Shown piece by piece: positions 28,470 through 49,950 of a DNA stretch of 64,000 nucleotides. The notes beneath the pieces were generated by a model. The model was not told where the DNA came from. It saw only the letters and a list, made by a program, of their open reading frames with translations, and ran no database searches. The DNA lies in NCBI GenBank assembly GCA_012295275.1, contig CM022677.1, positions 16,306,001 to 16,370,000 of the forward strand. Direction: 5' to 3'. Each line of letters starts with the position of its first letter. Position 1 is the first letter of the stretch. Source of the stretch: Chrysomallon squamiferum. Taxonomy: Eukaryota; Animalia; Mollusca. Both the position numbers and the translations under genes were made by a program.

Positions 28470-28989
28470 TTAGATATTAGATAGCTCACTAAATGGGTAA
28501 TATATCGGTACTGGCTAATAGGTCGTCAGATGGTTAATAGTTCAGTATATGACTAACAGTTAAATATATAGCTAATAGTTCACTAGATAACTAACAGTTC
28601 AGTAGATGGCTTATAGTTCACAGTATCAGTTCAATATATAGCTAATAGTTTACTAGATAGCTAATAGTTCACTAGATAACTAATAGTTCACTAGATAACT
28701 AATAGCTCACTAGATAACTAATAGTTCAGAAAATTGTTAACAGTTCAATAGATAACTAATAGTTCACTAGACAGCTAATAGTTCAATAGATAACTAATAG
28801 TTCACTAGACAACTAATAGTTCAATAGATAACTAATAGTTCACTAGATAACTAATGGTTCAATAGATAACTAATAGTTCAATAGATAACTAATAGTTCAC
28901 TAGATAACTAATGGTTCACTAGATAACTAATAGTTCAATAGACAACTAATGGTTCAATAGATAACTAATAGTTCACTAGATAACTAATA
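28470..28989. repeat. 19-bp minisatellite (CTAATAGTTCAMTAGATAA), roughly 25 copies
   Basis: Read directly; degenerate at the left end and homogeneous at the right. Confidence 0.92.
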
Positions 28990-29308
28990 TTACTACTACT
29001 ACTATTATTATTAAAAGGAAGAATAATAAAGCAGAAATAATAATCGGTAAAATTTAGGCTTTTGTTCAGATGTTTTTGAGGATATTATTTACTGTAACTA
29101 GGAATATTCTTTAATATTCTACATTTGTCTTTTTTTTTCTTTTTTTTTTCCTATCTTCTCCCTTAACATCTTTCTCTCTCTGTATGTACGGAATTATTGT
29201 GTATCTGTCTGTCTGTTTGTGTTTTAATCAACGTGCCTTCATCCCTGCCTAAGTATACCTTACTACATTACTACATACTATAACCTATCTGTCTATCTTG
29301 TTTCTTCT

Positions 29309-29408
<100 letters not shown>

Positions 29409-29630
29409 CCTCCCTCCCTCCCTCCCTTACAAACTAATTATCTCATCCTGTACATCACGACGACTGATTCTTAATTCAAAAACGAGATCACATATTAACT
29501 ATATCGGAATTTTATGGTGATTAATTCTCGCTACCCTCTCTAGACAACGATTTTGTTAATTAGAGAAACCGTAATTTGTCGACAGCACGGTTTTTAAGCC
29601 CTAGTTAAATTATAAGAATGAAAATTAGTC

Positions 29631-29675
<45 letters not shown>

Positions 29676-29799
29676 TTTTAGAAATAATATAGCGTAGACA
29701 ACGTGGATCGAATCTCGAAGACTTCTAATGTCAAAGTGTATTGTGCAATTGTAATATAGTAACTTTCTTTTTATTTGACTGTGATAGTAATTAGGGTAA

Positions 29800-30531
<732 letters not shown>

Positions 30532-31059
30532 CGCACTCATACACACACTTATAATTTACGTCGCACTTATAAACACTTTTATGTCGAAGAGCTCTGACTC
30601 GATTGAGAAATAAACAATTTACTCCTGAAGCGAGTACTTTGCCATCACGGTACAACACACAGCTGTACGGACAATACCACGAAACTGCCATAAACGAGTC
30701 GTTTTTTTCTTTAACAAATTCATCGACTGTATCACATAACTCAATCTGATGACTTTAACAACAACAAAAAAATAATAATAAAATGAAAAATTAATTTAAC
30801 GACCATCATCTTTAATGGAAGAAGAAAGAAAAAGTTAAAGAGAAAAAAAAAAAAGAAGAAGAAAAAATGATGAAGAAGAATTAACTCATATTTTCGTGTG
30901 GCTGAACCAATTACGCTCAACCGCCATTGCTGTATTCAAGATCGATAACTCTGTGATTAAACTGTGACATTGTCGGATGATTTCAAATTATGAGTTAAGT
31001 TATAAAGTTAACTGCGAAATGGAACAAGCATAACAGAGTTTATTGTGTGCTATGGACGG

Positions 31060-31094
<35 letters not shown>

Positions 31095-31197
31095 ACCAAC
31101 CAACAAATAAATAAATAAATAAGCCAACAAATAGAGAAACAAATAAATAAACAAATAGTTCTTTTTCTAAATAAATAAATAAATCAATTATTATTTC

Positions 31198-31262
<65 letters not shown>

Positions 31263-31306
31263 TAAATAATATTATCATCAGTATTATTATCATCATCACC
31301 ATCATC

Positions 31307-31399
<93 letters not shown>

Positions 31400-32192
31400 T
31401 TATTATTATTATTATCACTCTTCTTCTACTAATTCAATTTAAAATCCTATACATTGTTTCCCTTCAGTATAATATTGATTTTAATAAAAAAAAAAAAAAT
31501 AAAAAATAAAAAATAAAAATCTCTTGACACTTGGTCAAGAGTTTTTGAATATTTCTTTTTGTCTTTTAAATGAATTCATGTTAAAACGAAGTAACAATGG
31601 CTATTGTTATATCGTTTCCGGTTTTTGAGCTGAAAATAATTTGAAGTCAGTTTATGTGTATAATGGGGTTGTTCTATTTATCGGTTATTTTTGTCTTTTG
31701 TGACTTGTTCCCAAGAAAAGTGTAATATGGGTTTTAAAAAAAGTATGTGTTTCATTTTCTTTTTTTTTTCTTTATTCGTTTCTTTCTTTTATTTTCTTTC
31801 TTTCTTTTTTTATTCTATAACCTCTCTTTCTTTTTCCCTCGTCTGTTATTATTAAACTTTTTTTTTTTTTTTTTTTTTCCCTCTTTTTTTTTGTTATTAT
31901 AATCAAAATTTCTATCATCATCATCGTTATCATCATTTCATCCATCATCATAATCGTCATCATTATCGTCATTTATCATTATCATCATCATCGTTATCAT
32001 CATTAACATAATTATTATTTCCTTCAGTATCATTTTTATTTTAAAGGATGTAACTTTTAAATGAATCCAGTCACGTGATTATTTTTGTCACGTGACATTA
32101 CCATTTGAATGTTTAAGAACTATAAGATTTATTTACTATACTGCATACAGCTTAACTGACGACATTAATAACAAACGACAAAAACAAAGAAT

Positions 32193-32225
<33 letters not shown>

Positions 32226-32957
32226 GTAATAATAATAATAATAATAACAACAATAATAATAATAATAGTAATCATAATAATAATAAAAATATAATAATAA
32301 TAACAGTAATAATAATAGAATAATAATAGTAATAATAATAATAATAATAATAATAGTAATAATAGTAATAATAATAATGATGATGATAATAATAATAATA
32401 GCAACTATAATACAAAAAAATTAATGAATTAACTGTTAAGCATGAACACAATTAAACAAAAAAATAAAAATAAAATAAAACAAAAAAGATGTAGAAATCA
32501 TACTAAAAAAATAACTAACTAAATAAATAAATAAATAAATAAATAAATCGTAGAAATAATAGCTATCTACGTTTATATAACACATATCGCTTTAACAAAC
32601 TTAAGGTCCCTTTCAGTGAAGCTGGTCAGAATTTTTTTTTATCAGTTTTTATTTACGCGAATTTTCCCATGACGTCATATTAATTTTTACATGTTCGTGA
32701 AATCTAGTTAATATTTAAAGGATATTTAATTATAAGGGGCTTAAAAATATTTTACGGAGCCAGTCGATTGAGAGTTAATTGATTTTGTGTATTAGCGGCT
32801 TCAAATTTAACTAAAGAGTCATTGATTCCAGAGATGTATTATTTTAATAAGTATCATATCGTTAAATGTATTCCGTGCTTATTAATTTGTGCGTTAGTGC
32901 GTGACTACATCTATATTGTTGGTCCTTATAAATAATTTGTGTGTGTTCGTGTGATGC

Positions 32958-33063
<106 letters not shown>

Positions 33064-33675
33064 AGAGAGACAGAGACAGAGAGAGAGAATGGGAGACTTA
33101 CAGACAAAAAGTTAAATAAATAAAACAGCAAGAGAACGAAAGATAGGCAGACAAACAGACAGAACAAGATTACCGTTGAAAGACTTGAATACGTACATAC
33201 AGACATGAAGACGGTCTAAACATCAAAGTTATCACAATAAAATGAATCAAACAAACAAACAAAAAAAAGATTAAAAAAGAATAAATAAATAAATAAATAA
33301 AAATTAACCGAAAGAGTGAAATTACTTTTTACAACTACTAACGTAAAAGCTTTCTTTTTATTTTTTTTTTTTTTTTTTTTTTTTTCTTTTTCTTTTCTTT
33401 ACGACCCTCTAAATCTTACAAACACTTCGCTTCGCTCTTTGTGTTTTTCTTTATCTCCTGTAATTCAACGCTTAGTCTAGACCTTGAATTAAAATAACAC
33501 AACCACGTCACACAAACAAGACGACGTCTGCACAAAACGACGACATGTTCTGGAAAATTCCATATTGGAAAGAAAACGTATTCCTTGTACCGTAAAACTG
33601 CTAAATAATGCATTTTTGTTTTAATTTAGTCGTATTTTTCACTGCGATACATAAGTATTTCTATGTCGTATTGTA

Positions 33676-33812
33676 ACACACATACACACTCACACACACA
33701 CACACACACACTCACACAAACATACACATATACACACACAAACACACACATACACACACACAAACATACATATACACACACACAAACACACACAGAAACA
33801 CACAGAAACACA

Positions 33813-33866
<54 letters not shown>

Positions 33867-34095
33867 AACAAACACACACACTCACAAACACATACACACA
33901 CTCACAAACACACTCACAAACACACACACACACTCACAAACACACTCACAAACTCAAAACACACACACACTCTCAAACACACACACACTCACAAACACAC
34001 ACACACTCACAAACACACACACACTCACAAACACGCACACACACTCTCAAACACACACACACTCACACTCGCACACACACAAACACACAAACACA
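33676..34095. repeat. Degenerate (AC)n tract
   Basis: Read directly. Confidence 0.92.
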
Positions 34096-34150
34096 TAAAC
34101 TATATATCAGTCTCTGTCCATCTGTCTTTCTGTCTGTGATTCTGTCTGTG

Positions 34151-34236
<86 letters not shown>

Positions 34237-34809
34237 TCTCTCTCCCTAAATCATGAACTAATATATATCTGTCAGTGTGTCTGTCTATCTTTCTGTTTAT
34301 CTATATATGTGTCTGTCTGTCTATCTATCTGTCTGTCTATCTATCTATCACCATCGCTCTCTTGTGTGTGTGTGTGTTTATGTGTGTCTCTTTCTTTGTA
34401 TGTCTGTTTCTCTCTGTCGCTCATAAAAATAACAAACTACTAGACGGCTAATAACTAAATCACTTATTTTCGTTAATCGAATCATCTACGTGAAAACTGC
34501 AATATCTTGATCCATTAGCCACATGCTTGTATCGAGTTGCGATATAAAAGCGATCATAAAACAAGGAAAGAGAAATGATTACGGGAAACTGTCCTTTAAT
34601 TATATATTAATCGAGCCAGATGGACTATCAGTGTACTGACAATCTAATATGAAAAAAAAAAGGGTAAATGGATGTTTTTCTAGATTTTATTACTCGAAAG
34701 TTGACATTTAATATAATAAGCATGATGTGATACCACGCTAACTGATTCGAAAGTTTAAAAACAATTCAGAAGGTTGGAGCTTAATTAAATACTGTTATTT
34801 TAGAGAGAG

Positions 34810-34915
<106 letters not shown>

Positions 34916-35319
34916 AGAGGTTTTGAAATAAAGAAAAGAAATCGATTAAACGCGTCCAATATTCGAATGTTTACGGTACGCAAGTTAAACGACTACTACC
35001 ACAAACGTCTAATAACTGAGGGTAAATCTTCAAATGAGGCGCCTGTGGGGGAAACATGCACCTTATGGCAACGCTATGAAATCATAGAATGATTCTTTCG
35101 TCACCGAAATAATAATTAAAAAAAAAAAAAAATCATAAAAAATAGCAAAAAAGACGAAATGAAGATTGCCTTTGTGTCGTTAATCTTATTCCGTCCAACA
35201 GTCGATGAATAGGTTGTCATAAACACGATGTCATTTTTGATTTATGGTTTCGTCAGAAACGGTTACTAGGGTGGGGTTTGGTGGGTGTGGGTGGATGTGT
35301 GTAGCTGGAGTTAAAAAAT

Positions 35320-35395
35320 GGGTGCAGATAGGAACTTAGAATGTTTGTCTCAAGTGTGTAGGTTTGCCGGTTCAATTCTTGCCGAGGGATACGTA
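35320..35395 (+). mobile_element. Possible degenerate tRNA-SINE head
   Basis: B-box-like GGTTCAATTC at 35369-35378 in a locally GC-richer segment. Confidence 0.25.
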
Positions 35396-36031
35396 TACAA
35401 GGATTTTTCGAATTTAAAATAGATAAATACGTGTGGTGTTTTTTTCGGATGTTTGTTATCGTTTTGTTTCTGTATTTATTGCTGTCGTTTTCGTTATTGT
35501 TGTTGTTGTTGTTGTCATTATTATTACTGTTATCTTCAAGAGAGGACAGGTAGATGGATAGAGTTTAAGAATGTGAAATAAAGAAAGAGAGAGTGAGACA
35601 TACAGACGTATGGATAAGAACAACAACAACAACAACAGTGACAATAATAACAACAACAACAACAGCAACAGTGACAATAATAATAATAATATTAATAATA
35701 ATAATAATAATGATAATAAAAATAATAATAATAATAATAATAGTTTAGTAGTAGTAGTAGTTGTTGTTGTTGTAGCAGAAGCAGTAGTAGTAGTAGCAGT
35801 ATTCTTCTTAGACCCTTTTTGTACAGAAGATTGTAGTTCCGCTCTTCAGGCTGCAGATACACGCTTCATTAAACCACAAAGGTTTTTATTTGTTCTCATT
35901 CAAATGTAACTCTGCGTTTCGTAATAAGACTAAAATGGAGTTAAGCTTTTTATTCATGAATTATTGCGTAGCCATTAGTTTTATATTTTTTTTCTGTCGT
36001 TTTTAATATGATAACAGTGACGTCTAGCAGG

Positions 36032-36109
<78 letters not shown>

Positions 36110-36600
36110 AAGAAGGAATGTAAATGAAAAAAACCCAAATAAAAATAAAATGGTTAAGTGACAAAGAAAATATATAAAATCAAAATAAACAAAATACACT
36201 GAAAAAGAAAGAATAATAAATAAATAAATAAATAAATACTTCTTGTCCAGCAAGTACAGAGTCATTAATATAATCCTCGTTTACAAGATACGCTTTTTTT
36301 TTTTTTTTTTTTTTTTTTTTGTATCTGATATCCATTTGTTTTCGTTCCACCTTTCAACATTGCTGTGCTGTCCAGCAAACAAATAACCACCTTACAGTTA
36401 CTTATCTTGAAGGAATGTAGCGCCCTCTACGCACGTGCCAGTCGCGCGAGATGTTTTGGTGGAAGTGATGGATGACTATTGTTATGGTACTACAGATAAC
36501 ACGTGCATTATCTGAGCAGACTCACGTGCTGAAGTGAATTATGTTGAGCTTGTTGTTTTCTCGTTTCAAACAAACAGGATAATATTAATGGATATTGCTT

Positions 36601-36775
<175 letters not shown>

Positions 36776-36796
36776 CTGTCTCTGTCTCTCTCTCCC

Positions 36797-36895
<99 letters not shown>

Positions 36896-37858
36896 GTGTC
36901 TATCTGTCTGTCCTTCAAAATTTTGAGGACTAAAAGCAAACAAACAACAAAAAATACTATCTATTTTACTTTTTGTTCTTTTCTCTTTTATTTTTTGTTT
37001 TTCTATTTTAAATTTTTTGTTTTCGCAAATTCAATTTCTGTGCACCTGTCAAAAAATACACACGGGTGAAATACACAAACACAAATACAGGTTAAAAATA
37101 ATTATGCATTTACTTATCGCTTGTTTGAAAAGTTTCTGTTATGATTACATTTGATGGATGGAGTTATTTGCTTGGCATATAACATTTAACGTATTCTGTT
37201 TTTCTTAGTTTTATACATATGTCTAAAAACAGTAAATTATAGAGAAGCATTACTGCATATTTGTACATGACAGACACACACACGAATACACTCCCAGACG
37301 TTCTAACAAATTCACATAAAAAACATAAAACAGGAACATATGAACAAATACATACAACTAAATACATATATAACTGTGTACAAATTTACACCCAGACATA
37401 CAAATGAACACAATGCAATACATACAAATACACATACACACAGACACACACACACAAGGACATATATATATATTAGTAGTAGTAGTAGTAGTATTTTTAT
37501 TTCTGTCTTCGTTTTTTTTTTTTCTAACGGTCTTAGGTGTTGAATTGTGTGGTGTTGTCCAGTTACCTAGTTACGTTCAATGTACATGTAGAGTCATCTC
37601 TTTGTTTTTATATTCTTCTCTCCTGTCTGTCTGTCCGTCTGTCTGTCTGTCTGTCTCTTGTCTGTCTGTCTGTCTGTCGATAGATCACTAATTATATACC
37701 TATCTCTTTCTGTCTTTGTCTCTGTCTCTGTGTCTTTCTATCTCTATCTTTCTGTCTCTTCCTCTCTTTATCTATGACCCAGGTATCTATCTCTCTGTCT
37801 GTGTATCTATGTGTCTATCTATATATCTATCTCTCTATATATATATCTATCTACATAC

Positions 37859-37910
<52 letters not shown>

Positions 37911-37939
37911 ATATCTATATATATCTTTCTCTCTTACTG

Positions 37940-38039
<100 letters not shown>

Positions 38040-38640
38040 GAATATCTAATCCTAAATCGTATTTAATGAATCCACTTAAAACGACGATACTTAACTGTAT
38101 AGCACTGTATATCAATTACTAAAGTCTTTAAGGTTGCTGGCTTCACAAGCGGGTCTGTTTTGTGTCAGACGATAACAGATTAAATAAAAATACTTGTAAA
38201 CAGACGAATTAAGTGCGGTATCATCGGTAATGGGTTTATATTCGACTTTTCCTTTTTCGGTTTCACGTACATAGGAGATAAGTAACTCGGAAGACTGACT
38301 GAGCGTGTGTGCGTGCGTGCGTGCGTGTGTGTGTGTGTGTAAATGCGTTTGGTTGTCTTTGTGAAAAGTGTTTGTGTGGATTTTGTTGTTGTTGTGTTTG
38401 TGTGTGCCTGTGTGATTATATAATGTGTTTTTTTTTGTGTTTGTGTGTGCGCGTGCTTTCATATGTATATGTCTGAGTTTAAGTTGGTACAAGTTTTTTA
38501 TGTATTAATACAAATGTTTTTTTTTTATATTATGATACACGAGAGTCAATGAGTTATTGGTGGAGAAAAGAAATATATAGAAAGAGAAAGAAAGTCATTT
38601 TCTATAAGTGCGTTTATGTATTCGTCTGTATATACCTACT

Positions 38641-38737
<97 letters not shown>

Positions 38738-38770
38738 TTACACACACACAATCATTTTCAATGTACGAGA

Positions 38771-38861
38771 ATTAAATTATTTTTCTTTCTCTTTTCAGGT
38801 GAGTACGTTTTTCTGTCGTTCTGTGTGTTGTATCCTGAAAGCGATGATCGCTAAGGTAACG
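38771..38861 (+). other. Candidate recursive splice site with 57-nt cryptic (RS) exon
   Basis: TTTTTCTTTCTCTTTTCAG|GTGAGT (AG 38797-38798, GT 38799-38800), with a second donor AAG|GTAACG at 38855/38856. Confidence 0.55.
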
Positions 38862-38994
38862 TAAAGTGACTTATGATCATACATAACAAAACCAGGAAGA
38901 TAAAACACCTAACATGCAATATTCTAAATAAAATAACAAAGAAGATAAAAGTAATCAAAATAAACAACCTATGTACTAGACCAGTAGTCAAGGT

Positions 38995-39048
<54 letters not shown>

Positions 39049-39050
39049 AA

Positions 39051-39092
<42 letters not shown>

Positions 39093-39881
39093 AAAGATTA
39101 ATGTACAAAAAGCATATATTAATACATAAATTTACAAAAAAAAAAAAAAAAAAAAAAGAAAAGAATGATAAAAGAACAATGAAGATGTTGTATAATAAGT
39201 ATATATGTATATATATATATATATTATACAACATAAAAATATATATACATATAAATAAGTTTAAAAAAAAGAAGCTGAAATATGTAAACGAAATTAATTC
39301 TAAATCAGAAAAACACCCCAATAAGATAAAAACAGAAGTAACAGAGATTACACCAAATAACAAAAATCCGAAAGTTTTGAAAAGTAATAAAAAAAAGTGA
39401 AAGTTTATCAAGGTACATAACCCCGATCCGTTCCTGCTCAGACAAAGAATTACTTCCCTTGAAAGCTCGACTTTGGGTGCAAGGAAGTAAATGAAAAGGA
39501 AACAGAAGAGTTCAGCGGAAGTAAAGGGTTAGTTAGGTGCACAAAGGTCAAACGTACTGAAATTCTAAATACAGACAATGTGAATCAATTAACTTGCACG
39601 AATAATCTAGGGAACGAACGAACGGTCGTATTTAGAAAAAAAAATATAATAATAACACTGTTGATGCAAATACAGCCTGTTCAGATTTCATATATTATTA
39701 TCATGTTTTCAGTTGTTTATTTACTTATTTATTTATTTGTTTGTTTATTTATTTATTTACTTATTTATTTATTTATTTATTTATTTATCTCTGTCTCTTC
39801 GTAGCTTTTTAATAAGAGAAATTTCTCGTGTCAATCTTTATGTCTGTTTCTCTCTCTCCTTCATCTCTCCATTTGTCTGAG

Positions 39882-39984
<103 letters not shown>

Positions 39985-40398
39985 CTCTCTCTCACAGCTA
40001 GCTGCAAGACCAAGATACATATGTCCAAGATACATTTGTTGTAAACACAGGTTAAATTAACTCAGCATCAATGCTCACAGATTTTCATCCGAGATGTTGA
40101 GTTGCTATTTTTAATCCGTGTTTCACGCTAAATCTGAATTCAGATTCCAGAAATAGAACTAACTGCAGCATGTCTAATTATTTACAGTCTGGTACACAGT
40201 CTTGTTTTGCCAAAACGTAATCTAATGTCTTTTAGTTCTAAGGAAATGATTATGAGGATGAAACTGAAGTATTATATTAGTTTAAGCGTTGATAGTTCTC
40301 TTTGATGTCGAAAAATAAACTACTAGATGTTTTTTTGTACAATGTTTTTAATGAGTTCTATTTTATTTTATTTTATATATTTATTTATTTATTTATTA

Positions 40399-40440
<42 letters not shown>

Positions 40441-40577
40441 TACTGTTTTTCTTAGTTATTGTTTAATCGGCTTGTTATGTTTTTTTTTAATATTGCCAAT
40501 AAGTAGTTGTAATAAAATACCAATGCACCAGATATCATAATTATTACTTTAATATATCAATATATGTGAAAGAATGA

Positions 40578-40663
<86 letters not shown>

Positions 40664-41171
40664 GACGTTCACTAAATCAACAATCACCTCTTTGCAATTC
40701 ACACGAAGGTTTTTACGAAAAAAACATATTTCACGGTAACACGTAATGACAAGTTACATGCACGAGATTGCCCGAGAATTGCCACTGTGAACGTTATTTC
40801 GCTCAGCAACGATTACGGCGAAGTAACAAGGTAGTTACGTGCGTGAATGATGTCGTCCCTGAAAGAAAATTGGAAGAGAAGGAGAGAAAGAGGGTGATTA
40901 AAACTTAGTGTACTTTACAGAGACGAATCTGAGTCAAGGTCACTCTGAATTTACAAAAGCCGTAAAACTTCTGTTTTTTTGGGAGTCGTTTTAGAATTTA
41001 TTTGAGTTTTCTTTCTCTTTTCGTTTGCTGAAAATTAACATTTTTGTTGTTGTTGTTGTGGTTGTTGTTGTTGTTATTATTATGATTCTTATTACTATTA
41101 TTTTTATTATTATTTTGTTTTTATTATTTTTAATGAATTAATTACCTAGTTTATTTATTTATTTATTTTTA

Positions 41172-41203
<32 letters not shown>

Positions 41204-41523
41204 ATTTGCTTTTTGGTTTCACTTACTTTATTTTATCTCTAATTGTGTTAAATTGTTATTTATTTTATTTTGATTTCATTTCATTATGTTTCATAATTTA
41301 CAAGTAACAAATAATTTCTGTTTGAAACTATTATATATCTGCATTATTAATTTATCCTTTCTTATTTATTTTTTTATTTTTTATTTTTTTGTATATTTGT
41401 TTCTTTGGTTTTTGCTGATTTACTATTTCGTACAGGTGTATAATTACTTTTCTGTTTTTCTCCTTAGTCATCCGTCCTTCTCTATATCTGTATATTAAAA
41501 CCACATGTCTTGCTTTCTGTTTT

Positions 41524-46568
<5,045 letters not shown>

Positions 46569-46627
46569 AGCAGACGCTGTTAGAAGCGTACACGCATGCA
46601 TACAACAACAACAACAACAACAACAAC

Positions 46628-46660
<33 letters not shown>

Positions 46661-48043
46661 TAATAATCATAATAATAATAAAAATAATAATAATGATAAT
46701 AATAATAATAATAATGATAATAATAATAATAATAATAATAGTAAGAAGAAGAAGAAGAAGAATAGTCTAATAAAAAACGGAACGAAAGAAACAAAAAAAC
46801 ATGTCTAACAACTTTCTAACTGAAAAACAAAAAACACACAAAAACATAAAAGTCGAATAGAGCTTACACAAAACTGACTTCTTTCACTCGGTTGAGCTCG
46901 TAATGGATCGGTTTTTTTACCGGATAAACGACGGAAATAATTCATTCGTCATTGTCATTTCGTGCCTCTCCGGTTTCGTTCGCCGTCTGCAATTTGAGTC
47001 CGTTAACGTGACGATTCATGTTTCATTAGGAAAAAATTAGACTAATCACTCCTTGTACAAAAACAAAAAAAAACAACTTTCATAGCTGTGTCGTTTCCGT
47101 TGTTATTAGTTTCGTTTATGCTTCTGTATCACTTGATGACGATTTATGACGTCATTAAATTCTGATAACGACTTGACTGAATGTCTTAAGTGGTATAAGT
47201 AATTTAATAATAAGTGCAAATAACACTAAATAATGGTGTTATCGTGAAATGGAACAGATTTTATATCTATCAAATGGATTTCGTGCATAATGTGTTATCT
47301 ATGTGAAGGTTTCTGTATATAATGGTCTGTGAATACAGTGATTTAATTATTTATAAAAGCTACATGTACGTTATTAGTATGTTTGTGTCTGTTTGTTTGT
47401 GTGTGTGTGCGTGTTAGAGACAGAGACAGTGTGTGCGTAAGTGTGCGTGTGTGTGCGTATTATGTGTGCATGTGTGTGTGTATGTGAGAGAGAGAGAGAG
47501 AGACAGAGAGAGAGGGGAAAAAAGGTAATAATTTGAATGTTTACATTTATTTTAAACCCTCTATATTTTTAACTTAAAGTTATTATGTACCCAGGTTTCA
47601 ATCATACTTAAAAATAACCAACAAACATTCGTTCACTAAGCTGCTGTTATTGTTATTACTACTACTACTACTACTACTACTACTTCCTATTACTACTGTT
47701 GTTGTTGTTGTAGGTTCTGTCTATATTGTTATTTCGTAAACAGAAATATTTGTAAGTAAATAAATCACTTAAGAAAGAAAGAAAGAAAGATTTTAAATTG
47801 TGATAAAGATAAATTAAGTAGCTGTATACTCAGTCCGTAAAGGATTTTTGTTCTTGTTGTGTTTGCGTCAGACAGAAAGATATAAAAAGTTACTAAATGT
47901 CGCGCCTTTGTTTCCTGTGATGATGATGATGATGATAATAATAATAATCAATAAATTCCTTGTAAAGTCAAAATCATTTTGCTGTTCCACAACAATTATT
48001 AATTTCATTATTTCTTTATTTCTTGTTTTTTCTTCTTCTTCTT

Positions 48044-48074
<31 letters not shown>

Positions 48075-48844
48075 TACTTATTATTATTATTATTATTAAG
48101 GAAAAATGATAATCACAATGGCATTTATTTTAATTAATTTATTTAGTTATTTGCTACCACTTCTACTACTACTACGACAACAAGTACGACTCAACAACTA
48201 CGATTACAAGAACAACAACAACTACTACTGCTATTAGTATAGCTACGACTAACAGTTACTAACAGCTACTACTACCATAACATTACAATTTTTTGTAATT
48301 GTCCTACGTCTTCTTCTTCTTCTTACTATTATTATCATCATCATCATCAACAACATCATCATGATCATCGTCATCATTAGGGGACGATGCTATTTTAGTA
48401 ATTAAGGGAAATCAGTTATTCTAGAGAGTGGAAATTACTATCGGAGGGGTATTTTCTCCTGGCAGCCTCGTTCTGAAATATCACACGATCAAAAGATCTT
48501 GTCTCGTCTGCTGTGTCGATGTTTTGCTACAAAGCGTTTTCTGATTGGTCGACAGTGATCATTCGTGTTTAGTCAACTATAGACTTTTCGTAGACGCTAT
48601 ATTAATAGAAAAGAGATGTACAGATGGCTGTGTTATTAGTTTTGTTCTGTTTGTAGTCGTGAATTAGACCAGGCTATCAAGATCGTCAGATTATTCTTGT
48701 GCGATATTAATTCACGACATCATTCTGATATAATGTGAATGAATGGATGCAGTGTTGAATGTGTGTTGTAAGTCTGTCTTCACTTTGTCTGTCTGTCTGT
48801 CTGTCTATCTGTCTATTGATGTACATATGTATCTATCTGTCTGG

Positions 48845-48965
<121 letters not shown>

Positions 48966-49950
48966 TACATACATACATACATACATACATTTCCAACTAA
49001 ATATGCTATTTTCTATTATTTTATTTTATTTTATTTTTTTCTCGTATCAATATCTAGGTTTATATTTTCAACTCTTTTATTCTATTTAAAAAAAATAAAA
49101 AAAAAAAAAAAAAAAAAAAAAAATTGTTTTTCTTCCGAAGATTAAAACCAATAAATTATAAACATTTGACCTTTCCTAGTCACCAATAATTTCCAACTTG
49201 ACATTTCAGGAGTAATATTTCAATGACCAATCTCCGTTTCAGTCGCTCCCTCGAAATTAAATATTTTCTTGAGGCTCTTTATTTATAATGGTAAACACCC
49301 ACGAATTTTTATGACGTAGGCTACAGAAAAAAAGACATTTCGCCTGTAGTTATAGGTAACAGACTCAGGCTATTGTTAAATGTTTGGAATATAAACAAGC
49401 TATTTCCAGGAGTTTTTCTTTGTTGTTGTTTTTTTTTTTTTTTTTTTTTTTTTTGTAGTGGTACGGTCCAAAAATGTCATTGCAAGTGAGAACGAGTTTT
49501 TTTGTTGTTGTTGTTGTTGTTGTAAATAAATAATAAAACAAATATATGTGTTTAAAGGGGATATTGGTACTAGAAGAATGAATGAATAAGTTTTGTGCTT
49601 GTTACAAAAAATTGACGGTGAAACATTTGTGGATATACAAATATACAGACAGATATATTTATCAATATTTTCGAAATCGAGAAGGTACCTAGTAAGAAAT
49701 GTATACGTATGTATGTATGTTTGTGTATACATACATATATGCCTGCATACCTCCATATATATATATATATATATATCCATACCCTTACCCACACACCATA
49801 CAAACGCATCATATTACTCGACAAAAAACAATTAACATAAACATATAATCATATGTTTAAAAAAGACATTCTCTAAAATACACGAATACAGCTTACAATA
49901 TAAAACAATTTAATCATTAATCTCTTATTTATCTGAACCGTCAAAAACCA

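Noticed and set aside
31516-31546. Hairpin CTCTTGAC-ACTTG-GTCAAGAG followed by a T-run (terminator-like)
   Set aside because: An 8-bp stem is expected by chance in 64 kb, and intrinsic terminators are not relevant in this eukaryotic intron.
37534-37620. Candidate exon 2 after TAG at 37534-37536 (reads GVELCGVVQLP...)
   Set aside because: It only superficially resembles the expected V-x-x-x-C strand. No NPR-like residues follow and it runs into a microsatellite.
38999-39160. Long poly(A) runs as a retrocopy tail
   Set aside because: There is no upstream retrogene or SINE body and no target-site duplication; A/T homopolymers are ubiquitous here.
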